Assembly (NCBI GenBank): GCA_965651205.1
Contig: CBFGRM010000001.1
Span: 5,621 to 69,620 of the forward strand
Origin: an uncultured bacterium
GTDB taxonomy: Bacteria; Gemmatimonadota; Gemmatimonadetes; Gemmatimonadales; GWC2-71-9
Length of the DNA stretch: 64,000 bases
Direction: 5' to 3'
A model generated the notes under the pieces. The model searched no databases. It had not been told where the DNA came from and was given only the letters and a program-made list of their open reading frames with translations. Below are positions 11,406 to 20,137 of the stretch, piece by piece (the first letter of the stretch is position 1; each line of letters opens with the position of its first letter). Made by a program: the position numbers and the translations under genes.

Positions 11406-11434
11406 AGAATAGCCGGATCGGATTTCAGCGGCAA
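11406..11434 (-). promoter_or_regulatory. sigma70-like promoter for the truA...ppdK run
   Basis: Minus strand TTGCCG-17 bp-TATTCT, 10 nt before the truA ATG; no Shine-Dalgarno. Confidence 0.6.
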
Positions 11435-11456
11435 CTGTCGTAAACCCTTGTCCGCG

Positions 11457-11486
11457 TTGACAAAACAGCCTCTCGCCCGGTACGCT
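11457..11486 (+). promoter_or_regulatory. sigma70-like promoter for trpD
   Basis: TTGACA-18 bp-TACGCT, 9 nt before the trpD ATG. Confidence 0.65.
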
Positions 11487-11495
11487 TGCGCGGCT

Positions 11496-12545
11496 ATGCA
11501 CTCCACTGACCCCGCCCTCCGCTCCGCGCTCGAGCACCTCGCCAGCGGCACCCCGCTCGGCGAGGATCTGGCCCATCGCGCCTTCCGCTCGATAATGGCC
11601 GGTCGCGCCACCGAGGCCCAACTCGGCGCAATCCTGCTGGCGCTGCGCGCCCGCGGCGAGACCGTCGACGAACTGGTCGGTGCCGTCCGCGCGCTGCGCG
11701 AGGCGATGCAGCCGGTGGACCTGGGCAATCCCGATCAATTGGTGGACACCTGCGGCACCGGTGGCGGTGCGGTCCGCACCCTCAACATCAGCACCGCCGC
11801 GGCGCTGGTGACCGCCGGCGCCGGCGTACGGGTCGCCAAGCACGGCAACCGCTCCTTCACGTCGCGTTCGGGCTCGGCCGACGTGCTGGAGGCGTTGGGT
11901 GTCGGGGTGGAGCTCTCAGGTGGGTCAGCCGCGCACCTGATCGACGAGGCCGGCCTGGTGTTCCTGTTCGCCCCTTTGCATCACCCGGCGATGCGGCACG
12001 CATCCGGGGTTCGGCGCGAACTCGCGGTGCCCACCGTGATGAACCTGATCGGGCCGCTGGCCAACCCTGCCAACGTGCTCCGACAGGTGGTGGGTGTGGC
12101 CGAGGCCCGCCACGGCGCGTTGATGGCAGGTGCGCTCCAGCGGCTGGGGTCGGTGCACTCGATGGTGGTACACGCAGCGCTCGGACTCGACGAGATTGCC
12201 TCGCTCGGCGAGACCACGGTGTGGGAGGTGCAGGGTGGCAATGTGCGTGAGTGGCGGCTCGATCCGGCCAGGTTCGGCCTTGCCACCCCGAATCTTGCCG
12301 GCATCGAGGGCGGAGATCCGGCCGACAACGCCGCGGCAATCGAAAGGCTGCTGGAGACTCCGGACGAAGTGCCCGAGGCGCTGCGCGCCGCCGTACTCCT
12401 CAACAGCGCCGCGGCCATCACGGTCTCCGGGATGGCAGGGGACCTTGCAGCGGGCGTGGTGGCCGCCCGGCGCTCATTGTCCAGCGGGGCGGCTCTGGAT
12501 CGCCTGAACCGCCTGCGGCGGCTCATCCCGCTCAGAACTTCCTGA
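11496..12545 (+). CDS. trpD: anthranilate phosphoribosyltransferase
   Basis: DTCGTGG, NISTAAA, KHGNRS.TSRSGSAD.LEALG, GLDE. Confidence 0.98.
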   Translation: MHSTDPALRSALEHLASGTPLGEDLAHRAFRSIMAGRATEAQLGAILLALRARGETVDELVGAVRALREAMQPVDLGNPDQLVDTCGTGGGAVRTLNISTAAALVTAGAGVRVAKHGNRSFTSRSGSADVLEALGVGVELSGGSAAHLIDEAGLVFLFAPLHHPAMRHASGVRRELAVPTVMNLIGPLANPANVLRQVVGVAEARHGALMAGALQRLGSVHSMVVHAALGLDEIASLGETTVWEVQGGNVREWRLDPARFGLATPNLAGIEGGDPADNAAAIERLLETPDEVPEALRAAVLLNSAAAITVSGMAGDLAAGVVAARRSLSSGAALDRLNRLRRLIPLRTS

Positions 12546-13140
12546 TCACCCCGACGACCACACCCTGGATGAGCACGTCGCTCTCCTGGAAGCGGAGCGG
12601 ACGCATAGTGGGGTTGGAGGGCTGGAGCCGGATCCAGCCGCCCGGTTCGCGATAGAACCGCTTGACCGTGGCTTCACTGCCATTGACCAGGGCGATAACC
12701 ATCTCGCCGTTGTCGGCGGTCTCGCGACCGTTGACCACAACGAGGTCGCCATCGCTGATCTGCTCGTCGATCATCGATTCGCCTCGAACCTTGAGCGCGT
12801 AGTTGGGGCCCCGGCGGGGCAGCATCTCGTCGGGAACCGATAGCACCTCGCCGGCCATTACCGATTCTATCGGCATCCCGGCGGCCACCGTGCCGAGCAA
12901 CGGGATTTCGGTGGCACCGACGCGGCCTCGAGGCGGCAGCACCTCGATCGACCGCGATTCGTTGTAGGACCGGCGGATGTAACCCTTCCGCTCGAGGTTG
13001 GTGAGATGTTCGTGTACCGTCGCCAGCGACTGGTAGCCGAACTGTTCCGCGATCTCCTCGAGCGAGGGAGCGTAGCCCTGACTGTCGATGGCGCTGGTGA
13101 GGTAGTCGAGGATGTTGCGTTGCTTGCGTGTAAGTGACAC
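12532..13140 (-). CDS. lexA: SOS repressor LexA
   Basis: LTRKQ..IL HTH, SLATVHEHL..LERKGYI, AAG cleavage site, GESM catalytic Ser, TVKR catalytic Lys; GGAGG RBS before GTG at 13140. Confidence 0.97.
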   Translation of the reverse strand: MSLTRKQRNILDYLTSAIDSQGYAPSLEEIAEQFGYQSLATVHEHLTNLERKGYIRRSYNESRSIEVLPPRGRVGATEIPLLGTVAAGMPIESVMAGEVLSVPDEMLPRRGPNYALKVRGESMIDEQISDGDLVVVNGRETADNGEMVIALVNGSEATVKRFYREPGGWIRLQPSNPTMRPLRFQESDVLIQGVVVGVIRKF

Positions 13141-13155
13141 AATGCCTCCGGACCA

Positions 13156-13203
13156 CGAAGAGAACCCGAACACCATATTCACATTACCCGAAGGTAACCC
13201 GAA
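13156..13203. promoter_or_regulatory. two direct-repeat operator candidates (CGAA-N7-CGAA), putative LexA boxes
   Basis: CGAA at 13156, 13167, 13189 and 13200 (spacing 11/22/11); one pair fills the -35/-10 spacer, the other lies just downstream of the predicted start site. Confidence 0.6.
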
Positions 13204-13209
13204 GCGCAA
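13181..13209 (-). promoter_or_regulatory. lexA promoter
   Basis: Minus strand TTGCGC-17 bp-TAATGT upstream of the lexA RBS. Confidence 0.65.
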
Positions 13210-13210
13210 G

Positions 13211-13999
13211 ATGGCTATCCTCGACCAGATTCTCGCCGACAGCCGCCGCCGGCTGCCAGACCTGCAGGTCCGGGCCGCCGCTCTGTACACCGCGGCGGGG
13301 AGTCGCGAGACCCCGCCACGCTTTCTGGCCGGTGTCCGCGACGCGGAACGGGTGGCCGTCATCGGCGAGGTCAAGCGGCGGAGCCCCAGTCTGGGGGCGA
13401 TCAATGAATCGCTCGACCCGGTAGGTCTGGCCAGTGCCTACGAGGCGGGTGGCGCCGCGGCGATCTCGGTGCTTACCGAGGAGGCGCGATTCGGCGGCTC
13501 GATTGCCGATCTGGATGCAATCTCCCGGGCGGTCCGGCTGCCGACGCTCCGCAAGGACTTCATCGTCAACGAGCTGCAGGTGGTCGAGGCGCGGGCTGCC
13601 GGTGCGTCGGCGGTGCTGCTGATCGTCCGGGCCCTCGATGACGACGAACTTGCGTCGATGCTGGAAGTAGCCCACTTCCACGGCCTGGCGGCCCTGGTGG
13701 AGGTGCACAATCGCGCCGAGCTGGACCGCGCCGTCCGGTCCGGGGCCAGCATCATCGGAGTCAATGCCCGCGACCTCGACACGCTGGAGATCGATATCCC
13801 GGCCTCCCTGGCTCTGATTGCAGAGATCCCCGGCGACCGGATCGCAGTGGCAGAGAGCGGAATGCACTCGGCCGCCGACGTCCGGCGAGCCGCTCAGGCC
13901 GGCGCCGACGCGGTGCTGGTGGGCAGCTCACTGGCTGCGGCGGCCGATCCACTGGCGCTGACCCGCGAACTCTCCGGAGTGAAGCGCAGTGGCCGTTGA
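13211..13999 (+). CDS. trpC: indole-3-glycerol phosphate synthase
   Basis: IGEVKRRSPS.G, ISVLTE..FGG, LRKDFI, GASAVLLI, EVH, GVNARDL, VAESG. Confidence 0.97.
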   Translation: MAILDQILADSRRRLPDLQVRAAALYTAAGSRETPPRFLAGVRDAERVAVIGEVKRRSPSLGAINESLDPVGLASAYEAGGAAAISVLTEEARFGGSIADLDAISRAVRLPTLRKDFIVNELQVVEARAAGASAVLLIVRALDDDELASMLEVAHFHGLAALVEVHNRAELDRAVRSGASIIGVNARDLDTLEIDIPASLALIAEIPGDRIAVAESGMHSAADVRRAAQAGADAVLVGSSLAAAADPLALTRELSGVKRSGR

Positions 14000-14648
14000 A
14001 GCCAAGATCTGCGGCGTGATGCGGCCCGAAGACGCCGCCTGGGCAGCCCAGCAGGGGGCGGCACGGATCGGGGTGGTGCTGGCCTGGGGTCGCAGGGTGG
14101 TGAGTCCCGAACTGGCCCGCGAGATCGCGATGGCGGCCGGCGGGGTACCGGTGATCGGGGTTCTGGGGCCGGGCGGTATCGACGCCTGGCTGGACCTGGC
14201 CGGACGGGCCGGTCTGGCAGGGGTGCAGTTACACGGGGGCAGCACCCCGGCACAGGCGGAGGCGCTTCGAGCGGCCGGTCTGGAGGTCTGGCGGGTGGCC
14301 ACGATCGGCCCCGACCAGACCCCCGAGGCAGCCACCGCAGCCGCGATGGCATCGGCCGATGCTGTGCTGGTGGAGCCCGCCACGACCGGCCGCGGTGGTG
14401 GCCTGGGGATCAGGCTCGACAGCAAGCTGGCTCGCCAGGCCCGCAAGAGTCTCCAGCGGCACCGGATGGTGCTGGCCGGAGGCCTCGACCCGGACAACGT
14501 CGCCGAGGCGATTCACCTCGTCGGACCCGACCTGGTGGATGTAAGTTCCGGCGTTGAGCTTTCGACTGGAATCAAGGACAAGGAGCGGGTGACCCGCTTC
14601 CTGGAGGCGGTACGTGACACTGGTTCCCCCACCCGTCGCGGTCACTGA
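13989..14648 (+). CDS. trpF: phosphoribosylanthranilate isomerase
   Basis: [26 protein letters not shown]...GIKD. Confidence 0.96.
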   Translation: MAVEAKICGVMRPEDAAWAAQQGAARIGVVLAWGRRVVSPELAREIAMAAGGVPVIGVLGPGGIDAWLDLAGRAGLAGVQLHGGSTPAQAEALRAAGLEVWRVATIGPDQTPEAATAAAMASADAVLVEPATTGRGGGLGIRLDSKLARQARKSLQRHRMVLAGGLDPDNVAEAIHLVGPDLVDVSSGVELSTGIKDKERVTRFLEAVRDTGSPTRRGH

Positions 14649-15816
14649 CGGCCGATTCGGTCCCTACGGGGGCCGCTACGTGCCCGAGACGCTGGTGCCT
14701 GCGCTGGAGGAGCTGGCCGGACTCTATCAGGAGGTCCGGAAGGATCCGTCGTTCTGGGCAGAGTATCACGCACTGCTCGTCGAGGTGGTCGGGCGACCCT
14801 CGCCGATCACCGAGGCACCGCGCTGGAGTGAGCGCGTCGGTTGCAGGATCCTGCTCAAACGCGAAGATCTCAACCACACCGGCGCCCACAAGATCAACAA
14901 CACGATCGGCCAGGCGTTGCTCGCCCGGAGAATGGGCAAGAGTCGCATCATCGCCGAGACCGGTGCCGGACAGCACGGCGTGGCCACCGCCACGATCTGC
15001 GCTCGCTTCGGCCTGGAGTGTGTCGTGTATATGGGCGCCGAGGACGTCGCTCGCCAGTCCCTCAACGTGTTCCGGATGCAGTTGCTCGGTGCCACGGTGG
15101 TCCCGGTCGAATCGGGCACGCGCACTCTCAAGGACGCCACCAACGAGGCGCTGCGCGATTGGGTCACCAACGTGCCGACCACGCACTACATCATCGGGTC
15201 GGTGGTCGGTCCGGATCCGTACCCGCGAATGGTGCGTGACTTCCAGTCGGTGATTGGCGTCGAAGCGCGCAGGCAAGTGCTGGAGCGCACCGACCGCCTG
15301 CCGTCGGCGGTGGTGGCGTGCGTGGGCGGTGGCTCGAATGCAATCGGTATCTTCGCCGGCTTCCTCGAGGATGCTGCCGTCGATCTTGTCGGCGTCGAGG
15401 CTGCCGGTGAAGGGATCGACACCGGTGCTCATAGCGCCACCCTCACGATGGGCCGTCCCGGCGTGCTGCACGGCGCGCTCAGTTACCTGCTGCAGGATGC
15501 GGATGGACAGGTTGCACCGGCGCATTCCGTGTCGGCCGGGCTCGACTATCCGGGTGTCGGTCCCGAGCATTCGTGGTTGCGAGACAGCGGCAGGGTCGCC
15601 TACGCAGCGGTCGACGATGCAGCGGCACTTGCTGCCTTCCAGCAGTTTGCGCGGTTGGAGGGCATCCTGCCGGCGCTCGAGACCGCACACGCGATTGCGT
15701 GGATCGACTCCGAGCGAGGCCGGCGTGATCCAGACGACATCCTGCTGCTGTGCCTGAGCGGACGGGGTGACAAGGACGTGGCGCACGTGGCTCGCCTGCT
15801 CGAGGCCACCACGTGA
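14614..15816 (+). CDS. trpB: tryptophan synthase beta chain
   Basis: [26 protein letters not shown] (PLP Lys), [25 protein letters not shown]. Confidence 0.98.
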   Translation: MTLVPPPVAVTDGRFGPYGGRYVPETLVPALEELAGLYQEVRKDPSFWAEYHALLVEVVGRPSPITEAPRWSERVGCRILLKREDLNHTGAHKINNTIGQALLARRMGKSRIIAETGAGQHGVATATICARFGLECVVYMGAEDVARQSLNVFRMQLLGATVVPVESGTRTLKDATNEALRDWVTNVPTTHYIIGSVVGPDPYPRMVRDFQSVIGVEARRQVLERTDRLPSAVVACVGGGSNAIGIFAGFLEDAAVDLVGVEAAGEGIDTGAHSATLTMGRPGVLHGALSYLLQDADGQVAPAHSVSAGLDYPGVGPEHSWLRDSGRVAYAAVDDAAALAAFQQFARLEGILPALETAHAIAWIDSERGRRDPDDILLLCLSGRGDKDVAHVARLLEATT

Positions 15817-17501
15817 GTGCGCCCACGGGAGCGGCACCGGACGCCGTGGAGGCACGCGCGGTCGAGGAACTGGTGCGGTCGATCTCCAAGGCGCAGCGCG
15901 CCTTGCAGATGTACCTCCCGAACAACCCGGTCTACCATCGCACTCTCGCCCAGATGAGCGAGAGCTTCGCGCCGGTCTGGGCGATCACCGGCCGACTGGT
16001 GCTCGACATCGAGGAACAGGACATTCTCTGGGAGGGTGTCTCGGTGGCGCCCGGCAGCGACCGCGGCGACGGACTGGCCTGGCAACTTTACAAGGACGGA
16101 CTGCGGCGACTCACGCTGCTGCCGGGTGTCGAGAGCGAGGAAATCGTCCGTTTCCTCGAGGTCGTCAACCGGGCCCGCCTGCTGGCAACCGATGCCGGCG
16201 ACGACCTGCTGACACTGCTCTGGGAACAGGAATTCGTGCTGATCACCTACGCCTTCATAGAGGCACTGGGTGACGGGATCGAATTCCTGCAGGAGAGCCC
16301 GATCCGGGAGCAGCCCGCACCGCAACCCGGCGCTGCCAGGGACGAAGTCGCGGAGGCGGAGCGCGGTGGCCCCGAGGGCCTGGTGGAGATCGGCGACTCG
16401 GACTCCACGCCGTACTTCCTCGACGAGGCCGAAGTCCGCTTCATCCGCGCCGAGCTGGAGGACGAGTATCGTCGCGACATCCGGACCAGCGCGATCGACG
16501 CGCTGCTCGATGTGCTGGAGACGGTGCCGGATCCGGCGGTGCGTCGCGAGGTGGTTTCGCTGCTCGAGGACGTGCTGCCGAGTCAGTTGGCGGTGGGCGG
16601 ATTCGGGGCGGTGGCGCACATCCTCCGCGAACTTCGCGTGATCGTTGCCCGCCTGCCTGGACTGGATCAGGAGTTGCACGCTGCGGTGCTGTCGTTCGAG
16701 TCACGACTGAGCGAGCCTGCGATCCTCGAACAGCTCTTCCGTGTACTGGAGGATCGCGGTGTCGGTACACGCGACGAGGATCTCGGCGCGGTGCTCCGCG
16801 AACTGAAGCCGACCGCCCTGCCGATCCTGCTGGCACACGTGGGCACGCTTGCCGACAGCGGAGTGCGGCAGGTGCTGCTCAGCAGTGCCGAGGAACTGGC
16901 GAGGGCGCAGCCTTCGATGCTGTCGGGGTTGCTCGAGCAATCGACGCCGGCGGTGCTGCAGGCTACGCTCGAGCTGATCGGTCGGCTCAAGTTGCAGCCG
17001 ATGGTGCCCAAGGTGATCAGTCTCACGTCCTCGGAGGATCCCGACATCCGGCTCGCGGCGGTGCGCTCGCTGATCCTGCTGGCCACGCCCACCGCCATAG
17101 ATGCCGTCGAGCGCGCCCTGCTGGATGAGGATCGTGTGGTCCGCCAGGCGGCACTCGCCGCCTTGCTGGAGCGCGGCGGCAGTGGTGGCACCCGGCAGGC
17201 ACTAGAGCAACTGCTGTTCGGCAAGGACGATCGCAACATCGAGCGCAGCGAACGTCGAATGTTGTTCGAGGCCTATGCCCAGGTCGCAGGCGGCGACTCA
17301 CTGGCGAAGTTCCGCGACCTGCTCGAACCGCGCGGACTGTTCCGCAGGCAGGCCCCGCCGGAAATTCGTGCCTGCGCAATCTTCGGCCTGGCCCGACTCG
17401 GCTCATTCGAGGCACGACTGCTTGTCGATCGCTTCACCGGCGACAAGGAGCCGGTGGTGCGCTCGGCGGCGAACGGGGTGCTGCGGGAGTGGCAGGCGTG
17501 A
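15813..17501 (+). CDS. HEAT-repeat (alpha-solenoid) protein of unknown function
   Basis: 562 aa; acidic N-terminal domain, C-terminal HEAT-like units ([35 protein letters not shown]); start overlaps the trpB stop. Confidence 0.8.
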   Translation: MSAPTGAAPDAVEARAVEELVRSISKAQRALQMYLPNNPVYHRTLAQMSESFAPVWAITGRLVLDIEEQDILWEGVSVAPGSDRGDGLAWQLYKDGLRRLTLLPGVESEEIVRFLEVVNRARLLATDAGDDLLTLLWEQEFVLITYAFIEALGDGIEFLQESPIREQPAPQPGAARDEVAEAERGGPEGLVEIGDSDSTPYFLDEAEVRFIRAELEDEYRRDIRTSAIDALLDVLETVPDPAVRREVVSLLEDVLPSQLAVGGFGAVAHILRELRVIVARLPGLDQELHAAVLSFESRLSEPAILEQLFRVLEDRGVGTRDEDLGAVLRELKPTALPILLAHVGTLADSGVRQVLLSSAEELARAQPSMLSGLLEQSTPAVLQATLELIGRLKLQPMVPKVISLTSSEDPDIRLAAVRSLILLATPTAIDAVERALLDEDRVVRQAALAALLERGGSGGTRQALEQLLFGKDDRNIERSERRMLFEAYAQVAGGDSLAKFRDLLEPRGLFRRQAPPEIRACAIFGLARLGSFEARLLVDRFTGDKEPVVRSAANGVLREWQA

Positions 17502-18946
17502 CAAGTCGACCGGAACCCTCGGACGACGCCCATATCCGGCAGTTGGGCAGGGCGCTGCTGGTGGCCACCTATGGTGCCGCGCGGGCGCTCAAGCTGTATC
17601 CGCTGGAGAACACCGCCGTACAGCGGGCACTCGACGAACTGGTGGGCTCCTCGGTGGCACTGCTGTCGCTGGAGGGCCAGGTCGAAATCCGGCTCTCGGG
17701 CGAGTTCATCTTCGTGAACCAGACCCGGCTCCGCCTAGGGCTCGACAACTTCGCGGCGTTCAGCGGGTTTGTCGGGATGCTGCGCGACAACGGCATCGGG
17801 GTGTTGCGAATCGACGACGGGGTGACCCGGCGCGAGTGGCAGGCGTTCCTGTCGGCGATTCAGGGGTTGTCGGCCGACCTGCTACCCGACGAGCGACTCG
17901 ACCAGTTGCGGAAGCGGCTGCAGCAGGGCGACGTGATCAGGATCGATGTCGACGCCGGGGGCGAGAGCGATCCGCGCGACAATGAAGGCGACGAGGCGCT
18001 CGAGCGGGCCAAGCGGACGTATGCCCACGGCGTGGCGGTGGCCCGCGACGTGGTTCAGGGCGTCCGGATGGGTCGCGCACCCAACACGCGCCGTCTCAAG
18101 CGCGCCGTGCAGTTGCTGGTCGACCAGGTGCTCGAGAACGAATTGTCGATCACCGGGCTGACCACGCTGCGTGACTACGACGAGTACACCTTCACGCACT
18201 CGGTCAACGTCTGCATCTTCGCAGTGGCACTGGGGCGTCGGTTGGGGCTGCAACGAATGCAGCTCTACGATCTCGGCCTGGCTGCGCTGCTGCACGACAT
18301 CGGCAAGGCGCGCATCGATCTGGGGATCCTCAACAAGGATGCCGCGCTGGACGACTCCGAATGGCGCAGGATGCAGGCCCATCCCTGGCTGGGCACCCTG
18401 ACACTGTTCCGGATGCGCGAGGGTGAAGACCTGCCATATCGCGCCATCCTGGCGGCTCACGAGCACCATATGAAGGTCGACCTGAGCGGTTACCCGCGCG
18501 CCCTCAGGCCGCGTCGACTGGCCTTCTTCTCGCGACTGGTGGCGGTGGCCGACGGCTACGACGCGGCCACCACCAGGCGTTCGTACCAGGCCGATCCGTG
18601 GCAGCCGGTACAGGTGCTGCGCGAGATGTGGCTCAACCCCGGTCGCGGTTACGACCCGGTGCTGGTCAAGGCGCTGATCAACCTGCTCGGCATATATCCT
18701 GTCGGCACGGCGGTGATACTCGACACATTCGAAGTCGCAATAGTCGCCGGGCCGGGTTCGGACTCCGAGCAACTGCACCGGCCACTGGTGCGGATCGCGA
18801 CTGATGCCCACGGTGCCAGGTACCAGGCACCAGGCGTGTTGTGCGACCTTGCGCACACCAATGCAGACGGCAGCTATCAACGCACCATCGTCAAGGTTAC
18901 TTCTCCGGATCGCTATGGCCTCGTTGTCGGTGACTACTTCGTCTGA
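17498..18946 (+). CDS. HD-GYP domain protein (probable cyclic di-GMP phosphodiesterase)
   Basis: YTFTHSVNV, LLHDIGK, HPWLG, EHHMKVDLSGYP, VADGYDAATTRRSY; GTG at 17498 overlaps the HEAT-gene stop. Confidence 0.88.
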   Translation: MTSRPEPSDDAHIRQLGRALLVATYGAARALKLYPLENTAVQRALDELVGSSVALLSLEGQVEIRLSGEFIFVNQTRLRLGLDNFAAFSGFVGMLRDNGIGVLRIDDGVTRREWQAFLSAIQGLSADLLPDERLDQLRKRLQQGDVIRIDVDAGGESDPRDNEGDEALERAKRTYAHGVAVARDVVQGVRMGRAPNTRRLKRAVQLLVDQVLENELSITGLTTLRDYDEYTFTHSVNVCIFAVALGRRLGLQRMQLYDLGLAALLHDIGKARIDLGILNKDAALDDSEWRRMQAHPWLGTLTLFRMREGEDLPYRAILAAHEHHMKVDLSGYPRALRPRRLAFFSRLVAVADGYDAATTRRSYQADPWQPVQVLREMWLNPGRGYDPVLVKALINLLGIYPVGTAVILDTFEVAIVAGPGSDSEQLHRPLVRIATDAHGARYQAPGVLCDLAHTNADGSYQRTIVKVTSPDRYGLVVGDYFV

Positions 18947-19721
18947 TTCGCGGCTCGCCCGCGCCTGGCAGCAGCTCCGGAGCGAGGGTCGCACGGCGCT
19001 GGTGCCGTTTCTCACTGCCGGACATCCCGATCGCGCCACGTCGCTCGAAGCGCTGCGTGCGGCGGAGATGCGCGCCGACATACTCGAGGTCGGCGTGCCG
19101 TTCAGTGATCCGCTGGCCGATGGCCCGACCATCCAGGCCGCCACCTTCCGCTCGCTCGAGCAGGGGATGACCCTGGCTGGTACGCTCGACCTGATTCGGG
19201 AGGCCGAACTCGATGTGCCGGTGGTGCTGTTCTCCTACCTCAACCCGGTGCTGCAATACGGGGTCGACGCGCTGTTGCGCGAAGCGGCGGAGATCGGCAT
19301 TGCCGGCCTGCTGCTGACCGACCTGCCAGCCGGGGCCGATCCTGTCATCGAAGACGCGGTGCGGGCATCGCCACTCGACCTGATCCGCCTGGTGGCGCCC
19401 ACTGCGAGTCCGGAACGGATTCGTCGCGCAGTGGCCGATGCGGAAGGATTCATCTACCTGGTGTCGCGACTCGGCGTGACCGGTGTGGCGCAACAACTTG
19501 CCGCGGGACTGGGCGACTCGGTGGCAGCGGTCCGTCGGGAAACCACCCTGCCGATCGCCATCGGCTTCGGGATCTCCACTCCGGAGCAGGCCGCGATGGT
19601 CGCCGGACTGGCCGACGGGGCGGTGGTGGGAAGCGCACTGGTGGCGGCCCTGGACCACGGTGGCGTGGCGGAGATGACCGAGCTTCTCGACGCACTGCGC
19701 ACCGCGATCGACCAGGCGTGA
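18915..19721 (+). CDS. trpA: tryptophan synthase alpha chain
   Basis: LEVGVPFSDPLADGPTIQ, FSYLNP, LVAPT, YLVSRLGVTG, IGFGIST; start uncertain (18915 or 18930). Confidence 0.97.
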   Translation: MASLSVTTSSDSRLARAWQQLRSEGRTALVPFLTAGHPDRATSLEALRAAEMRADILEVGVPFSDPLADGPTIQAATFRSLEQGMTLAGTLDLIREAELDVPVVLFSYLNPVLQYGVDALLREAAEIGIAGLLLTDLPAGADPVIEDAVRASPLDLIRLVAPTASPERIRRAVADAEGFIYLVSRLGVTGVAQQLAAGLGDSVAAVRRETTLPIAIGFGISTPEQAAMVAGLADGAVVGSALVAALDHGGVAEMTELLDALRTAIDQA

Positions 19722-20137
19722 CCGGCCGCGCACGTCGCGCCTGGATCGCGCTCGGCAGCAATCTGGGTGACCGCCACAAGGCGATTGCCGATGCATCGAC
19801 CCGACTGGCAGCACTGCCGGGTCTCCGGGTCGTGGCGGAAACGTCGCCGATCGAGACCGCTCCGCTCGGGGGCAAGGCGCAGCCCGACTACCTGAATGCG
19901 ATGATGCTGGTCGACTGGCGCGGAAGCACGATGGAACTGCTGACTGCCTGCCAGGAGATCGAGCACGCAGGCGGACGCAAGCGCGAGGGGCACTGGGCTT
20001 CGCGGGTCATCGACCTCGACCTGGTGTGCGTCGCGGGCGAGTTGTGCGATCTTCCGGGTCTGACGCTGCCGCATCCCGGGCTTCGGGATCGCTCCTTCTG
20101 GGCCACTTCAATTGCGGAACTCGACACCAATGGCTGA
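19718..20137 (+). CDS. folK: 2-amino-4-hydroxy-6-hydroxymethyldihydropteridine diphosphokinase
   Basis: IALGSNLGD, QPDYLNA, R.IDLDL, LTLPHP. Confidence 0.93.
   Translation: MTGRARRAWIALGSNLGDRHKAIADASTRLAALPGLRVVAETSPIETAPLGGKAQPDYLNAMMLVDWRGSTMELLTACQEIEHAGGRKREGHWASRVIDLDLVCVAGELCDLPGLTLPHPGLRDRSFWATSIAELDTNG

Noticed and set aside
11400-13211. trp attenuator or T-box leader
   Set aside because: No Trp-codon leader peptide, T-box motif or terminator upstream of trpD or trpC
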